Assembly (NCBI GenBank): GCA_032718475.1
Contig: JAUCBJ010001497.1
Location: forward strand, 1 to 64,000
Length of the DNA stretch: 64,000 bases
Source: Nemertoderma westbladi
Lineage: Eukaryota; Animalia; Xenacoelomorpha
Reading direction: 5' to 3'
Part shown: piece by piece, positions 21,101 through 34,068 of the stretch
Numbering within the stretch: position 1 is the first letter of the stretch
How the letters are laid out: each line of letters opens with the position of its first letter
Position numbers and translations under genes: made by a program
Notes under the pieces: generated by a model
Database searches by the model: none
The model's input: the letters and a program-made list of their open reading frames with translations, nothing else
Told to the model about the DNA's origin: nothing

Positions 21101-23601
21101 GAGGGCACCGTTCTCCTCAATGAGATCGGTCGCCGAATCGCCCGCGCCACCGGGGAACCAAGGTCCATCTTCCTGTTCCAGCGGCTATCGATTGCCATCA
21201 CCCGTGGGAATGCCAGCGCCATCATAGGGACCCTCCCCACCCAAGCTAGCCTCGATGAAGTGTACCTACTTCGCTAGACCTGTTATGACAGATTACAGAA
21301 TGTGTTACGAACAAACTACCCGGCCTAACCAATAAAGACACAAAACTGCTCTATTTACTAGACAGGGCAATCAGGAGTGTATAATTGCTAATGTAGGGCT
21401 GCTAAATACAAAACCGCTACTTACCGTTGGATGGCGCTAATCTGCCGTCCGCTAATATATTTCCTAATTTTCTACGGCTCCTGCTAATTTCTCGTTCCTT
21501 TCTCTACCAATTACTCGATAGAGAGCTAACTGTTCGAATATATGAGCCACGCGGGAATAACCAAAACAATAAACCCGAATCGGCTCCCTAAGCTGACTTA
21601 AGACGAGTGTGAGAGATTTGACACTCAGAGTGTATTTCTATGGCCTAATTTTACTGTAAAATGCGTTTACAACTACGTCCTCTCTAATCTAATCTAATCG
21701 CATCTAATCGCAATACTGGGGTTCCCTAACGGAATGTGTGAATGTGAGATATTTAAAATAATCAAAAATCGATGCAGCGTTTATTTCGGGACTCAACTTA
21801 TCTGCGGCTGGCTTTAGACCAGCAATTTACTGATGCGCGCTGTATACTGTATACTACGATGTGAATTTTGTCCACTAATTCAAATAACCGCCCAGCGTGA
21901 ATAGTGTACGGTACTCTAAAATTATTACCTTAACTACCCTCCGCTATGCTGCGTACAAATTCTTAATTTTACTAAATAATTACAGTCACAAATATGTAAC
22001 GGCGTACTAATTACTAAGTATTCCAGAGTACGTAATTCTAAATTATTACGCAACGGGTTACACTAGCAACAGCCTAAAATACCGTATTATTTTCGACCTA
22101 ATCAGAAATTAATTACAGTAAACTAAGAAATAGAAATCAATCAAAGGGAAAAGAGCGCCTATTCAAGCATTCGTGATTTATTAGGCACACTTTAATAACA
22201 CACCAATCAGAGTATCAATCTATAGTTTATACTTACCAATTTAGTTCTTAACGCACAATTCACAATCAGCAGTCAGATAGCAATCGCAACTCGCAATGTA
22301 AAGCACGCAGATCTCTCCCGGCTACGTCTAGGCTTCCTAACTAACCCAATTCCTGTCCCCCTAATACTACAAAATAGAGACAAAATCTGGATCATCAGCC
22401 CCTAATTACTGAACCGGCGTACCTGACCCACTCTACGCTGCAAACATGCACACGCAATAGTAATCCCCCCAATGTTGCTTGTCTTTGAATCCTCCGCACT
22501 CCCATCGTCGCTAACCCCCCAATGCGCCCGCCGCGCTTACCGGTACCCTAGCCCTCCATCAGAATGAATAGCTACCGTAGCGGCACATGCAAATCACAAA
22601 GTCTGACAGTCTAAGAAATCCCGTAGGATTATTGTCGAAAGGAATCACATAGAACCATTTACTAAAGGGTAGAAATCATAGTTCCAATTTGTAATTAACA
22701 GTGATCGTTAAGATTGATTGAGAAACACAAACAAGAATCAAACAGAAATTGCAAATTAGCGAATCATTGCAAGAAAATCAAAAGGGCAGTAATTTACACA
22801 GAAAAACTAAGCATCGAATAATAGTTGAACAGGAATAAGGTGAAGGTGAGCTGTGTGGGGTGTGGTTGTGGAAGGTAGGTAACAATGGAAGTACGCCAAT
22901 TTATAGGTGATTTGAGAAGGGTGATGCAGTCGATCTCTCATTGGCTCCCCAATCCGAGCTACCATTAGACCAACCTGGAAGCAGTTAGGCCAATAAGAGA
23001 GCCGGATTGTGAACCTATTGCTCCCTGAAATCGCAAATTGCCACCATAAAAGGTAATTTTCCCGATGCTTAATTTGGCGGTACTAATAATATCATGCACA
23101 AATATTAATTTAGCGCAATTATAGAGAAATTAAAACCAGTAGCTAGCATCATCAAGGCTAATAACGGCAAGCCCATATCCAGGGTCCAACAAGGACTTGC
23201 TACCCTGGAACTATCTACTTATATCCTATTACAAAATTACATAGGTAGGGCTACATACTATACAAAATGGATGAGTCAAAATATATGGGCGTTTCAATTT
23301 CCTTACCTAAATATCATTGCGCGTTATGCCTTATCTAAATAATTATACTGCATCACGGACTAATATATGATACTATATAATGGACTAATATATTATACTG
23401 TATGATGGACTAATATATGTACAGTATAACGGACTAATATATTTCATAATGTAGGTACAGCGCCATATACCGTAACAGAATGGATCTAGTTTCCTGTCAC
23501 TTCTGGCTCTAACTCTAGTTACGTTACCAGTTACCCATTAATGTTGTGCTAATTATTTCTTATTAATGTGTTGTACTATTTGTAATTAAATTATTGGTAA
23601 A
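18113..23601 (+). mobile_element. CRE-clade (restriction-like endonuclease) non-LTR retrotransposon, frameshifted; coding ~18209-21277; 3' UTR interrupted by a solo LTR
   Basis: GGIRPIAVGCTLRRL, KIDFKNAFNSV, GVQQGDPLG, WFLDDG, PIASGGLG, and RLE motifs RH..RKSDG..WDFTCWDTLA..K..KY..ETLG..FQRLSIAITRGNA. Outer boundaries are approximate. Confidence 0.88.
21303..23477 (-). mobile_element. Solo LTR (2175 bp)
   Basis: Termini TGTTACG...CGTAACA form a 7-bp inverted repeat; 5-bp TSD GAATG (21298-21302 / 23478-23482); no ORFs. Orientation is inferred only from a minus-strand TATAAA (~22900) and AATAAA (~22180). Confidence 0.82.
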
Positions 23602-25289
23602 ACTACAACCAGGTTTTTGGCCCAAACATCTAATCTGTGAAGGATGGAGAGACAATTCGATTCGATTGTCGCTGACTCGTTTTCTAGTAGACCGAGTAGA
23701 ATTCTAATGAGGAACAACTACAAACAGCGGGTTTAACACTGGAGATCATAGTGGACCAGGTACCTCGGGAATTAAGGATAACCAGGATAGGATAAGTGAA
23801 TCAGTACATTTTAAACTCGCAACATATAACTAACTGCCAAGGACTTATTAACAATGAGGAGTATATAATGTCTCTGCTACACACATGTGAAATATTGGGC
23901 ATCCAAGAACATTGGCTAGATGGCTTAGAGGCTCGTGTACACCTAAAGGACTTTGACAAAGAATTTCAATGCGACTACTTTACTTAATTGGTAATAGAAT
24001 GTCAAATCCTAATAGGAAACGGGGTTCAGGAGGGGTCGCAATGTTTGTTAGGAAATCAATCATAAATGAAGTGCATCGCATAGACTCGGGAGATGATATT
24101 GTTGGATTCAAACTTCTGCCCAAACACACAAATCAGGAAATACTCGTCTTATCTGGATATGCTCCCGATTGCAGTAAGGGAGATACAGCTTATACGGAAT
24201 TTCTGAGCAGAATAGAATCTCTAAAATCAATATACTCCAATGCTGTCCCATACATTTAATGGATAGCAATGCAGACATCGGCGCAGGCCAAGGGCCAAGG
24301 TATTGCTGTAATCGTATAAAGCCAACTAAGAGAGGGAAGTTACTATTGAACTATATGGGAGAATCGGGTCTGACTGCGATTGATACCACAAATATATTTG
24401 ATGGCCCATGTATAACCTTCTATGGACATGGAAACACATGCATAGACCATATCTTAACCAACACGAGTGGCTGCGCCACATTTATTGACGGAAAAGTTAG
24501 CTGCCAGGAGACTGACTCAAACAGCTCGGACCACGTTCCTGTTACTGGTACCATTAAAATTAGGAAACACAGCAACACTCCAATAAAAATAACACCGTGG
24601 GAAAACAATTTTAAATGCCGCAAAAGACACTTACGCTTTAATTGGAAGAAATGTACATCCGAAGAGCTAGAAAAATACGCCAAATGAGTTGAAGATGGAT
24701 TGGACAACCTGAATAAGCGAATCACAGCCAACCCCTTAACTTGGGATTTTGAAACGATGAACTGTTACATGGACTGCTTTAAAGAAAATATTTTTGGGTC
24801 AGCAAACAGGCATATTCCGATGATACGTCCATGCAAACATAGTAGAAATCTTAGAGTTAGGGACTCCAGCCTAAAAGAGAAGTCAAAGGTGACAAAGAAT
24901 TTGTATACCATCTGGTGTAACCAAGGCAAAGATATGAATAACCCGATACATGAGTCTTACCTACAGTCAAAATGGTCTACTCGACGATTAAGAAACTGGT
25001 TGGCAAAGAAGAAGGTGATTAACAATCTCATTCATGGGTCTACTAACACTCATCAGGCACCATACAAGTTCTGGAAGTTTTTTTGGCAAGAAGTATCCTC
25101 AAGCAATCCCCCAATCTTGCAGGAAGACATAAGAAACCACATGGAAGGAAAGTTAAGCTCTGGCAATGACGGACAGGAACGAAATAACCTACGAACAAAG
25201 CTCAATGAATGGAAATATAATGCAACAGCTCCATCGATCTCTGAAAATTGGATAAAATCTGCATTCCTATCTCTGCCATTAGGGAAGAG

Positions 25290-25605
25290 TCTAAATCTCC
25301 GAAACCCTTTTATTTTTATAAAATTTATTACTTAGACTTACCTTTTCGGCGGACAAAATGTCCTATATTTTTCGTAATTTATGGGATAGCCTATTTCGTG
25401 CAATACTAACCGGAACCTGTAGTTACTGTATGGTTTGGTGTAGTTTTTCTTGTGGTAGTTGGGATTATGTAGCACTAAAATCGATTTGGAATTTTGGTTT
25501 TTTAATGGGCCTTAGTGCCTGAGTACTAACAGTGGCCCAAGTGGCCCTAAATGCTAGGTAGTATCTGAGGTAATAAGACCCCATGTCCTATTTTATTGTT
25601 TTCAT
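25290..25605. mobile_element. 316-bp non-coding insertion inside LINE ORF2
   Basis: Flanked by the 12-bp direct repeat ATTAGGGAAGAG (25278-25289 / 25606-25617); ORF2 reads LPLGKS|PDLDSL once it is removed. Confidence 0.85.
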
Positions 25606-27317
25606 ATTAGGGAAGAGCCCAGACTTAGACTCATTGACAGTTGAGCATATCCTCCACTTGCAGCCAACCACGATATGTCAATCAATGGAGAAAGTGCTAG
25701 CAGCAGCTCTTCACTTGGGCCGCCTACCACTATTGTTCGGCAACACCGTAATTAGCAGCCTATATAAGGGTAAGGGTAAACAGAGAAACGATCCCACCTC
25801 ATACCGACCTGTTAGTTCAATATGTATTTTTGCGAAGATGTTTGAATCAATCATCGTATACAGCACTATATGGGCAATGTGGATAGTGATGTCATACAGT
25901 GCCAAGAACAGGGCCTGATATGGTAATAGCAACGGTGCTAGAAATAATGGATTACTATCACCAGCAAGGATCAGGATTATATGTCTGTCAACTGGATATA
26001 GAAGGAGCCTTCGACAATGTGAATCATGTTACCCTCATCAGCAAACTGGCCAATACGCTCAATCCCTACATATCATTTACTCTTGCTGGACTACTATTCC
26101 ATTGGTCTTGCGTATTTAAAGTTCGGGACAGAAATCGACATAGATGGATTGATAATGACTAAGTGTATAAAACAGGGGTCACTGTTATCACCCTTATTAT
26201 TCAATTACTATATGAAGGGTTTATTCTGTGCTGTAAAGCAACAACAGTTGGGCTGTACTGTATATGGGATGTGGGCAGGGTGCATATCCTTTGCCGATGA
26301 CATTTTACTGTTGAGTACCATGCCCTCTTCAATAGAACACATGGTTGGAACCATCGAAACTGGTCGAACCTCCATAGGTCTACGAATAGAAAATTCAAAA
26401 ACGCACTGGATGAAAACAGAAGCAAATGGAAGAATACAACATAAACAGACATTTCTTCGCATTCTAGGGTCCCTGATAACATCTAAAAACATTATCACTT
26501 TTCTAGGTCATAAGCTATTTGCATCAAGCTCCTCCGTCAACTGCTTCAGAGAATGCCTGAAAGCCATAAAAATTTTGTCAGAAAGATTCCACAAGCTGGG
26601 ATGGAACTCGCGCTGGTGTATTGCTGAAGAAATTTCAAAAATATGGAATATATATGCATTGCCATCGCTACTATATACTTTCGTTTTCCTGACTGGTGGA
26701 TTAAGTGACAAACACTCTGCTCAACTTGATGCATATTATAGGAAAACTTTACGTGGCTTATTCATGGTTGGAAACTATGTCTCGAATGGATGTATCTACC
26801 ATCTGGTGAAAACAAATTCTATAAGTGCAGAAAGTTATAGAGCGGCCGCCGGTCTGATTATGCGCATTAAAAACTGCCCTATTATCCCTCTCCACTACAT
26901 TATACGGAGTCTAATCTGGCATTAGAGGAATGATGGTTCTAGGAACCGACATATTATGACTGCTGGCTCAGCATACTCAAAATGCGTCCAGTGTTTTCCA
27001 GTCCCACAGCCAATTTCCCTACTTAACCATGAATACTCAAACTCAAAGGATGTAATTCGTGGTTCAATAACCCATGTTCCTAATTGGATGGATATCATGA
27101 ACGCAAATTTTGTGGAGGACGTCTACAGCCTAAGATACTCAACATTTAGTTTCAAAGATCGTCGGATACGTGAATATTTTAATGTGTAAAGGAAATCGAA
27201 TATGCTCCAGGATGATGAACCACTGAACTTTAGAACTCCATTCGCGATACGGTACTAAGAGGTCCCCAGGTTTGCTGCATGATCGCCGTAACAACCCTTC
27301 TATCTTGAGAACTGACT

Positions 27318-28557
27318 GGACCATGGAACCCATTTTGGCACGAAGAAGGATAATTGAAGAATTATCAAAAAAGAAAGACAGGCATCTGGCTGTTATCTTT
27401 GTTGACTTCTTCAAGGCCTTTGATTCAGTCTCTCGCTCACGTATGTTCAGCATACTTTAATTATATGGGATTCCTGATGAAATTATTGCAGCAATCAGAT
27501 CAGTATACGATGGTTCGACAACATTTGTGTCTACTGTTGACGGTGACACAGAACCATTTGAAGTGTTATGGGGCGTCCTCCAAGGAGACACATTTGCACC
27601 ATTCGTGTTCATTATTGTGGTTGACTATGTTCTACGCATGTCCTTAGGTCATCATAATGATGATGGGGTGATAATAACTCCACCTACTGGCTCCAGAAGT
27701 CGAGGAAATCCTGCCAAGTACCTAACTGATCTAGACTTTGCTGATGACTTAGGAGTACTCTCAGAATCACTAGAGGGAGCCCAACGGCTCCTCAGCTCAT
27801 TAGAACATGCTGCTTCTAGTGTTGGTCTTTTTATTAACTCCAGAAAGACCAAAATTTTGACAGTTAACTTTGAAAGTCCTCAGCAAGTCTCTGATCGGAT
27901 GAGCATAAGCTCAAAGGATGGTATGCTTGAGCATGTGGACGACTTCTGTAACTTGGGATCATGGATCCGGAAGTCAGGTGAGGACCTTCGAATACGTAAG
28001 GGAAAGGCATGGGCTGCCTTGAATAGGCTTTCCAGGATTTGGAAGTCACCGAGAATTAATCGGAAACTTAAGGTCCGATTATTTAGAGCAGCAGAAGTTC
28101 CAGTACTCCTCTACGGGAGTCCATGCTGGGCTCTAACTGCTGAGGACACCAAATCTCTGGATGGCACATTCACAAGAATGCTACGCCGGGTTCATTGTGT
28201 CAAGTACAATGCACACATCTCCAACCAGACACTATATAACATTGGAGGTGTCTCATTGGTTCCCCCAAGCTTGACACTAGAACAAAATCGCCTCCGCTTT
28301 GCAGGACATTGCTTTCGCCGTGAGGACCAGCCAGTGCATAATCTTGTACTTTGGCAGCCTCATGGAGTGAATAAGCATGGTGGACAGCCCATGACTTTCT
28401 TGAGACGCATCTTAAAGGACACTGGCCTTGAAGATGCGGATGATCTATCAAATGTCATGGGTGATAGGGAGTTGTGGCGGTGCAATTTTGTTGACAAGCC
28501 GGCACAGCATTCTTAAAAATGCAGCTGCAATGCAGCATGCCGATCCTAGTAGTAGTA
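27318..28557 (+). mobile_element. 5'-truncated RTE-clade LINE
   Basis: RT ORF 27527-28516 is nearly identical to the 7.3-kb copy; (TAG)n tail; TSD GAGAACTGACT (27307-27317 / 28558-28568). Confidence 0.93.
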
Positions 28558-28849
28558 GAGAACTGACTCGGTTCGGATTCGGTTAGGGTCTAATAATCTA
28601 TATGAAATATAGAACTTTTAGCACTGAACGATGCCCTCTGCCGCACTAAGTGCTTTTTAATGGATTTTTAATATGTTATAACGTGTCACTGTGGTCTGTT
28701 TTTAATAATTAATAATATATCAATTTATTTGATTAAAAGCAATGAAATGAAATGAAATATAATAAAGAAAGAAAGTTTGCACTAATGATGTAAGACCTAC
28801 GTCAATATATTTATCAGCCTGTGATATGATGTAAGGCCGTCGTGTACTA

Positions 28850-29505
28850 GACTACATAATTACATTATCAGCCTGTACTAATGGTGCACTACCGGTGTAA
28901 CTACATAAATACATTATCACTATGCACTATGGTGCACTGCCTGTGAGTAACTACATAAATACATTATCACCATGCTCTATGGTGCACTGCCAGTGTAACT
29001 ACATAAATACATTATCACCATGCACTATGGTGCACTGCCAGTGTAACTACATAAATACATTATCACCATGCACTATGGTGCACTGCCGGTGTAACTACAT
29101 AAATACATTATCAGCCTATACTAATGGTGCACTACCGGTAGGTGTAACTACATAAATACATTATCACCATGCACTATGGTGCACTGCCAGTGTAACTACA
29201 TAAATACATTATCACCATGCACTATGGTGCACTGCCAGTGTAACTACATAAATACATTATCACCATGCACTATGGTGCACTGCCGGTGTAACTACATAAA
29301 TACATTATCACCATGCACTATGGTGCACTACCGGTGTAACTACATAAATACATTATCACCATGCACTATGGTGCACTACCGGTGTAACTACATAAATACA
29401 TTATCACCATGCACTATGGTGCACTACCGGTGTAACTATACATAAATACATTATCGCACTGCCTGTGTGTAACTACATAAATACATTATCAGCCTTCACT
29501 ATGGT
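28850..29505. repeat. 48-bp minisatellite
   Basis: Tandem GTAACTACATAAATACATTATCACCATGCACTATGGTGCACTGCCAGT. Confidence 0.95.
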
Positions 29506-29797
29506 GTAAGGCAGATCTAACTATAGTATATTATATTAACTTACAGTAAAACTATAGATAATATTCATGCAACATTTAGGAAAAAATAGAGTTTCTTAAG
29601 GTGCAGTAAACATACATGGAATGGATACTTTTGGTTGGGTAAGTACATCAATTCTTAGACAAATACAATAAGTTCAAGTACTCAGTTTTATAGCACATCA
29701 ATTAAAACTCGCGATACTTAAGTAGTTTATTGAGCATTGAGCAGAAAACGACTCTAAACCACAGTTTTGCGAAAAGATGCCAGTACAAGAACGTGTA

Positions 29798-30010
29798 TTA
29801 GTCAAATATATCGTTTGACGCTCGGTTCTCGAAGTATTGTATAAGTAGGTTGACCTCTCTCTCAGTGCCAAGGTATAGAAATTCCTTGCAGTCCCGCAAT
29901 ATCAACAGCGTCCTAAGGTTCCTGATGAAATCGTTACTTTGTGGTGACACAAATCGCTTTCTGTGACCCAGGGGCAGCTGGTCATCCGTTATAATCTGTA
30001 GTCGCACCAT
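29798..30010 (-). CDS. Secreted helical-cytokine-like protein, coding exon 4 (last)
   Basis: Acceptor TTATAATTCAG; 70 aa plus stop, containing RTLLILRDCKEFLY; AATAAA at 29726-29731 on the minus strand. Confidence 0.8.
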   Translation of the reverse strand: MVRLQIITDDQLPLGHRKRFVSPQSNDFIRNLRTLLILRDCKEFLYLGTEREVNLLIQYFENRASNDIFD

Positions 30011-31547
30011 CTGAATTATAAAACGTGAGGTATATATATATACTAGAAAGCCAGCAAGCTGGCTGGAAGGAGCCCGGGGGAAAAATCCTAGCCAAGACTA
30101 TTACAAAGAACTATGTCAGTCAGCAGTAAGTAAACTAAAATTGTCTAAACTGCAAGGCGTGAGGCTAGCTGACTTTGTGGCTCGCCCCACATAATAAAAA
30201 ATGCAACTTAGCTACCACTAACAAAAATATAATATGAAGCAAATAATTTCATTATCAAGAACGTTTACAAGATATAAGATGCGATTACCGAATATTTATA
30301 AAAAATGCCCATGATGCACAACCAGATAAATAACAACGAATAGAGCCAAATAACAAATTTAGTTTCCTTCTATAGGTATTACCCCGTCGTCAAGCGGAAT
30401 ATCTCTTCCCAGTGAATTCTATGTGAATATGTAATATAGGTACTCCTTAGGCGGTAGGCCAGAGCGGGCTCCTTAAATACATGCAACTACTGTATTATAG
30501 TGTAGGTCAACTATAAAACATTTTGCAATCCACAGTGAGTATCGACTGCAATAGGACACAACACACTGCTTTGTGTAACTAAAATTCATTCTCCTGATCC
30601 ACCCCCTAACATAGCAGAGTGAGTAAGTAACCTTATTGTAGATATACCCTTAGGAAGCACTGGGAGAGCAATCAGCTTATGGGGTAATACATTAGAAACC
30701 AACAGCTTATGTGTGAGTAAACATTGCCTTTCCTTATAGCCTACTAGTAAAACTTGGCAACCAACACGTTTTTCTATGACTGTGTATAACATATTAAGCC
30801 ATATTTCATCATGAACACCAGCTGTTATTTTACCATTGCTTTTAATTTCGCGACAAAACAATGTCAAAAAATTAAATATATCGAATACCACACATAGAAT
30901 CGATCTGAAATTTTGTAACGCGATTATGAACCACCAAAGCAATGTACTTGCAAAATTTAATCAAAATCGCCAGGCAGGAAGTGCCTTAACCTAGATAAAT
31001 GTCAGTCAGTCAGTATGTCAGTCAGTGTAATGTATCCTGAGATTTTTTACAGAAAGTATCCCTGAGATTCTTACAGTAAGTATCCCGCTGTCAAGCGGGC
31101 TCCTAATTATAAGAATGCGTTTAAGAGCATTTATAAATAGAAAATAAGAAATTAAATTCTTAACGTAATTAATTAAAGTTAATATATATATTTAATTCTT
31201 TTACAGAAGTGTTTCAATGGGATACCGGCGAAAAATAAAAATTCCGGTTCCGAAACTGACTTTTTGGAAATGGGATCAAATTTGGAATCTTGATAAAAAT
31301 CTGCTCTAGGTGAAATATCAAAAAATATTTGAAAACATTTCTAAGCCCCCATCCTTAATATAAGCCTAAAAGATTCTCCCATTCATTACCCGTATAATTA
31401 ACCCACATGCTATCTCGAGGGGATGATTTCAATCACTCGAATCAGAATATTATTTTATAATCTTGCGATTTAAATAATTGAACGAATTAATAGAAAAAAA
31501 TAATTAAAATTTAAATATTGGTATATATTGTTAAGTATATAACTTAC

Positions 31548-31715
31548 AACGTTAGTGAAAGCTGCGAGAATTGCGTCAAGTTTGAGTCGAACTCGATCGA
31601 GGCCATCTAATACGTCTTGAACTTCACCGTAGCGTTCATGAACTGAATGGAGCTGTAGTACTATATCGCTGTATCTGAATAGCTCTGCATGATTTACTAA
31701 CAGTTGGTGTTTTAT
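31548..31715 (-). CDS. Secreted helical-cytokine-like protein, coding exon 3
   Basis: TTTTCTGTTGCAG acceptor, GTAAGT donor, 168 nt = 56 codons: IKHQLLVNHAELFRYSDIVLQLHSVHERYGEVQDVLDGLDRVRLKLDAILAAFTNV. Confidence 0.82.
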
Positions 31716-31749
31716 CTGCAACAGAAAAATCAATAAACACTTAGAGAAC

Positions 31750-33253
31750 ACTTGAGCGGAAAAGGTGGCCAGTCTTTTACTTGAGCAGAAAAGGTGGCCA
31801 GTATTTTACTTGAGCAGAAAAGGTGGCCAGTCTTTTACTTGAGCAGAAAAGGTGGCCAGTCTTTTACTTGAGCAGAAAAGGTGGCCAGTCTTTTACTTGA
31901 GCAGAAAAGGTGGCCAGTCTTTTACTTGAGCAGAAAAGGTGGCCAGTCTTTTACTTGAACAGATAAGGTGGCCAGTCTTTTACTTGAGCAGAAAAGGTGG
32001 CCAGTCTTTTAGTTGAGCAGAAAAGGTGGCCAGTCTTTTACTTGAGCAGAAAAGGTGGCCAGTCTTTTACTTGAGCAGAAAAGGTGGCCAGTCTTTTACT
32101 TGAGCAGAAAAGGTGGCCAGTCTTTTACTTGAACAGATAAGGTGGCCAGTCTTTTACTTGAGCAGAAAAGGTGGCCAGTCTTTTAGTTGAGCAGAAAAAG
32201 TGGCCAGTCTTTTACTTGAGCAGAAAAGGTGGCCAGTCTTTTACTTGAGCAGAAAAGGTGGCCAGTCTTTTACTTGAGCAGAAAAGGTGGCCAGTCTTTT
32301 ACTTGAACAGATAAGGTGGCCAGTCTTTTACTTGAGCAGAAAAGGTGGCCAGTCTTTTACTTGAGCAGAAACGGTGGCCAGTCTTTTACTTGAACAGATA
32401 AGGTGGCCAGTCTTTTACTTGAACAGAAAAAATGGCCAGTCTTTTACTTGAGCAGAAAAGGTGGCCAGTCTTTTAGTGGAGCAGAAAAGGTGGCCAGTCT
32501 TTTACTTGAGCAGAAAAGGTGGCCAGTCTTTTACTTGAGCAGAAAAGGTGGCCAGTCTTTTACTTGAGCAGAAAAGGTGGCCAGTCTTTTACTTGAGCAG
32601 AAAAGGTGGCCAGTCTTTTACTTGAACAGATAAGGTGGCCAGTCTTTTACTTGAGCAGAAAAGGTGGCCAGTCTTTTAGTTGAGCAGAAAAAGTGGCCAG
32701 TCTTTTACTTGAGCAGAAAAGGTGGCCAGTCTTTTACTTGAGCAGAAAAAATGGCCAGTACTTGAGCAGAAAAGGTGGCCAGTCTTTTACTTGAGCAGAA
32801 AAGGTGGCCAGTCTTTTACTTGAGCAGAAACGGTGGCCAGTCTTTTACTTGAACAGATAAGGTGGACAGTCTTTTACTTGAGCAGAAAAGGTGGCCAGTC
32901 TTTTACTTGAGCAGAAAAGGTGGCCAGTCTTTTACTTGAGCAGAAAAGGTGGCCAGTCTTTTACTTGAACAGATAAGGTGGCCAGTCTTTTACTTGAGCA
33001 GAAAAGGTGGCCAGTCTTTTAGTTGAGCAGAAAAAGTGGCCAGTCTTTTACTTGAGCAGAAAAGGTGGCCAGTCTTTTACTTGAACAGATAAGGTGGCCA
33101 GTCTTTTACTTGAGCAGAAAAAATGGCCAGTCTTTTACTTGAGCAGAAAAGGTGGCCAGTCTTTTACTTGAGCAGAAAAGGTGGCCAGTCTTTTACTTGA
33201 ACAGATAAGGTGGCCAGTCTTTTACTTGAGCAGAAAAGGTGGCCAGTCTTTTA
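31750..33253. repeat. 29-bp minisatellite (intronic)
   Basis: Tandem CTTGAGCAGAAAAGGTGGCCAGTCTTTTA, about 50 copies. Confidence 0.97.
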
Positions 33254-33713
33254 CCGTCTTCTACAGGAAACTGGTAGGCCTATAATGTATCGGGATGGTT
33301 TTCCATTGCACCCTTGATATTATGTAATCCATTACATTAATAGTACATCAAATTCATATATAACCCATGATATAGATAGTATGCTCTCTATTGTTTTGGA
33401 GACATACCGACGGACAGACCGACAGTTAAACCGACATAGAGAGATATGTCGAAAATTAAAGTAATCTTGCTAAATGGTTTTCAAACTTTGAATCTTGATA
33501 GAATTCTGCTCTAGAAAAAATTGTAAATAAATGCCACAATAATATAGTAAATACCACAATAAATGCCACAATAGTAAAACGCAAAAACGTAAAACGCAAA
33601 ATAAAACGATTTATTTATGACTTTTATAAAAGGAACTTAAATGAAATATTAAATTATGGTTTGGTCTATAACTTCGATTAGTATCGGTATCACTTTATGG
33701 TCTATAAACTTAC

Positions 33714-33845
33714 ATCGTTAGGTAAGAACGGTGAAGATTCGTGGGTTTCTATGAATGACTCGGTAATGTTATGAGGCGTAACCTTAGGGGTGTAATTCAA
33801 TGTGAGATCCGTGTCAATAGATTCCCTTGGAAACCACCTGGATTT
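33714..33845 (-). CDS. Secreted helical-cytokine-like protein, coding exon 2
   Basis: TTTTTGTTCCAG acceptor, GTAAGT donor, 132 nt = 44 codons: KSRWFPRESIDTDLTLNYTPKVTPHNITESFIETHESSPFLPND. Too short to appear in the ORF track. Confidence 0.78.
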
Positions 33846-34068
33846 CTGGAACAAAAATAATATCATTAAATGTTAACATCAATAATAAATAAGTGAAATG
33901 GGAATTTAACTTAGTAAAGGATTCAGGGGTTAAGGGAGAAATTGGAATATTGGAAAGTTGGTGCTTTCTTTGGGAACAAGGAATTTATGTTTAATTGTTA
34001 TAATTAAATTATCGGAAGTAATATTTTACTTAATCAATGTAAATAAAACAATCAGAATCAAGTTTAAC

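Larger units (their letters stand above)
16835..27190 (+). mobile_element. Decayed APE-type LINE: ORF1 split at ~18112/23602 by nested insertions; ORF2 23796-27190
   Basis: Coiled-coil ORF1 piece 17021-17698; RRDGKYMKVILKPADKYSRI (to ~18110) resumes as LQPGFWPKHLICEGW (~23602). ORF2 motifs NCQGL, IQEHWL, GGVAM, CIDHI, SDHVPV, SYRPVS, LDIEGAFDNV, KQGSLLSP, FADDI. Confidence 0.82.

Noticed and set aside
28922-29445. Cys/His-rich repeat protein (MVHCQCNYINTLSPCT)n
   Set aside because: It is the translation of the 48-bp minisatellite, with no splice or start context.
27470-29930. Other CTGATGA occurrences (7362, ~27474, ~29922) as hammerheads
   Set aside because: They lie in RT or exon coding sequence, and I found no stem II-GAAA-stem III-NUH arrangement around them.
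30586-30942. 118-aa ORF as an additional exon of the secreted-protein gene
   Set aside because: No convincing splice sites or homology were seen, and exons 3 and 4 already join in frame without it.
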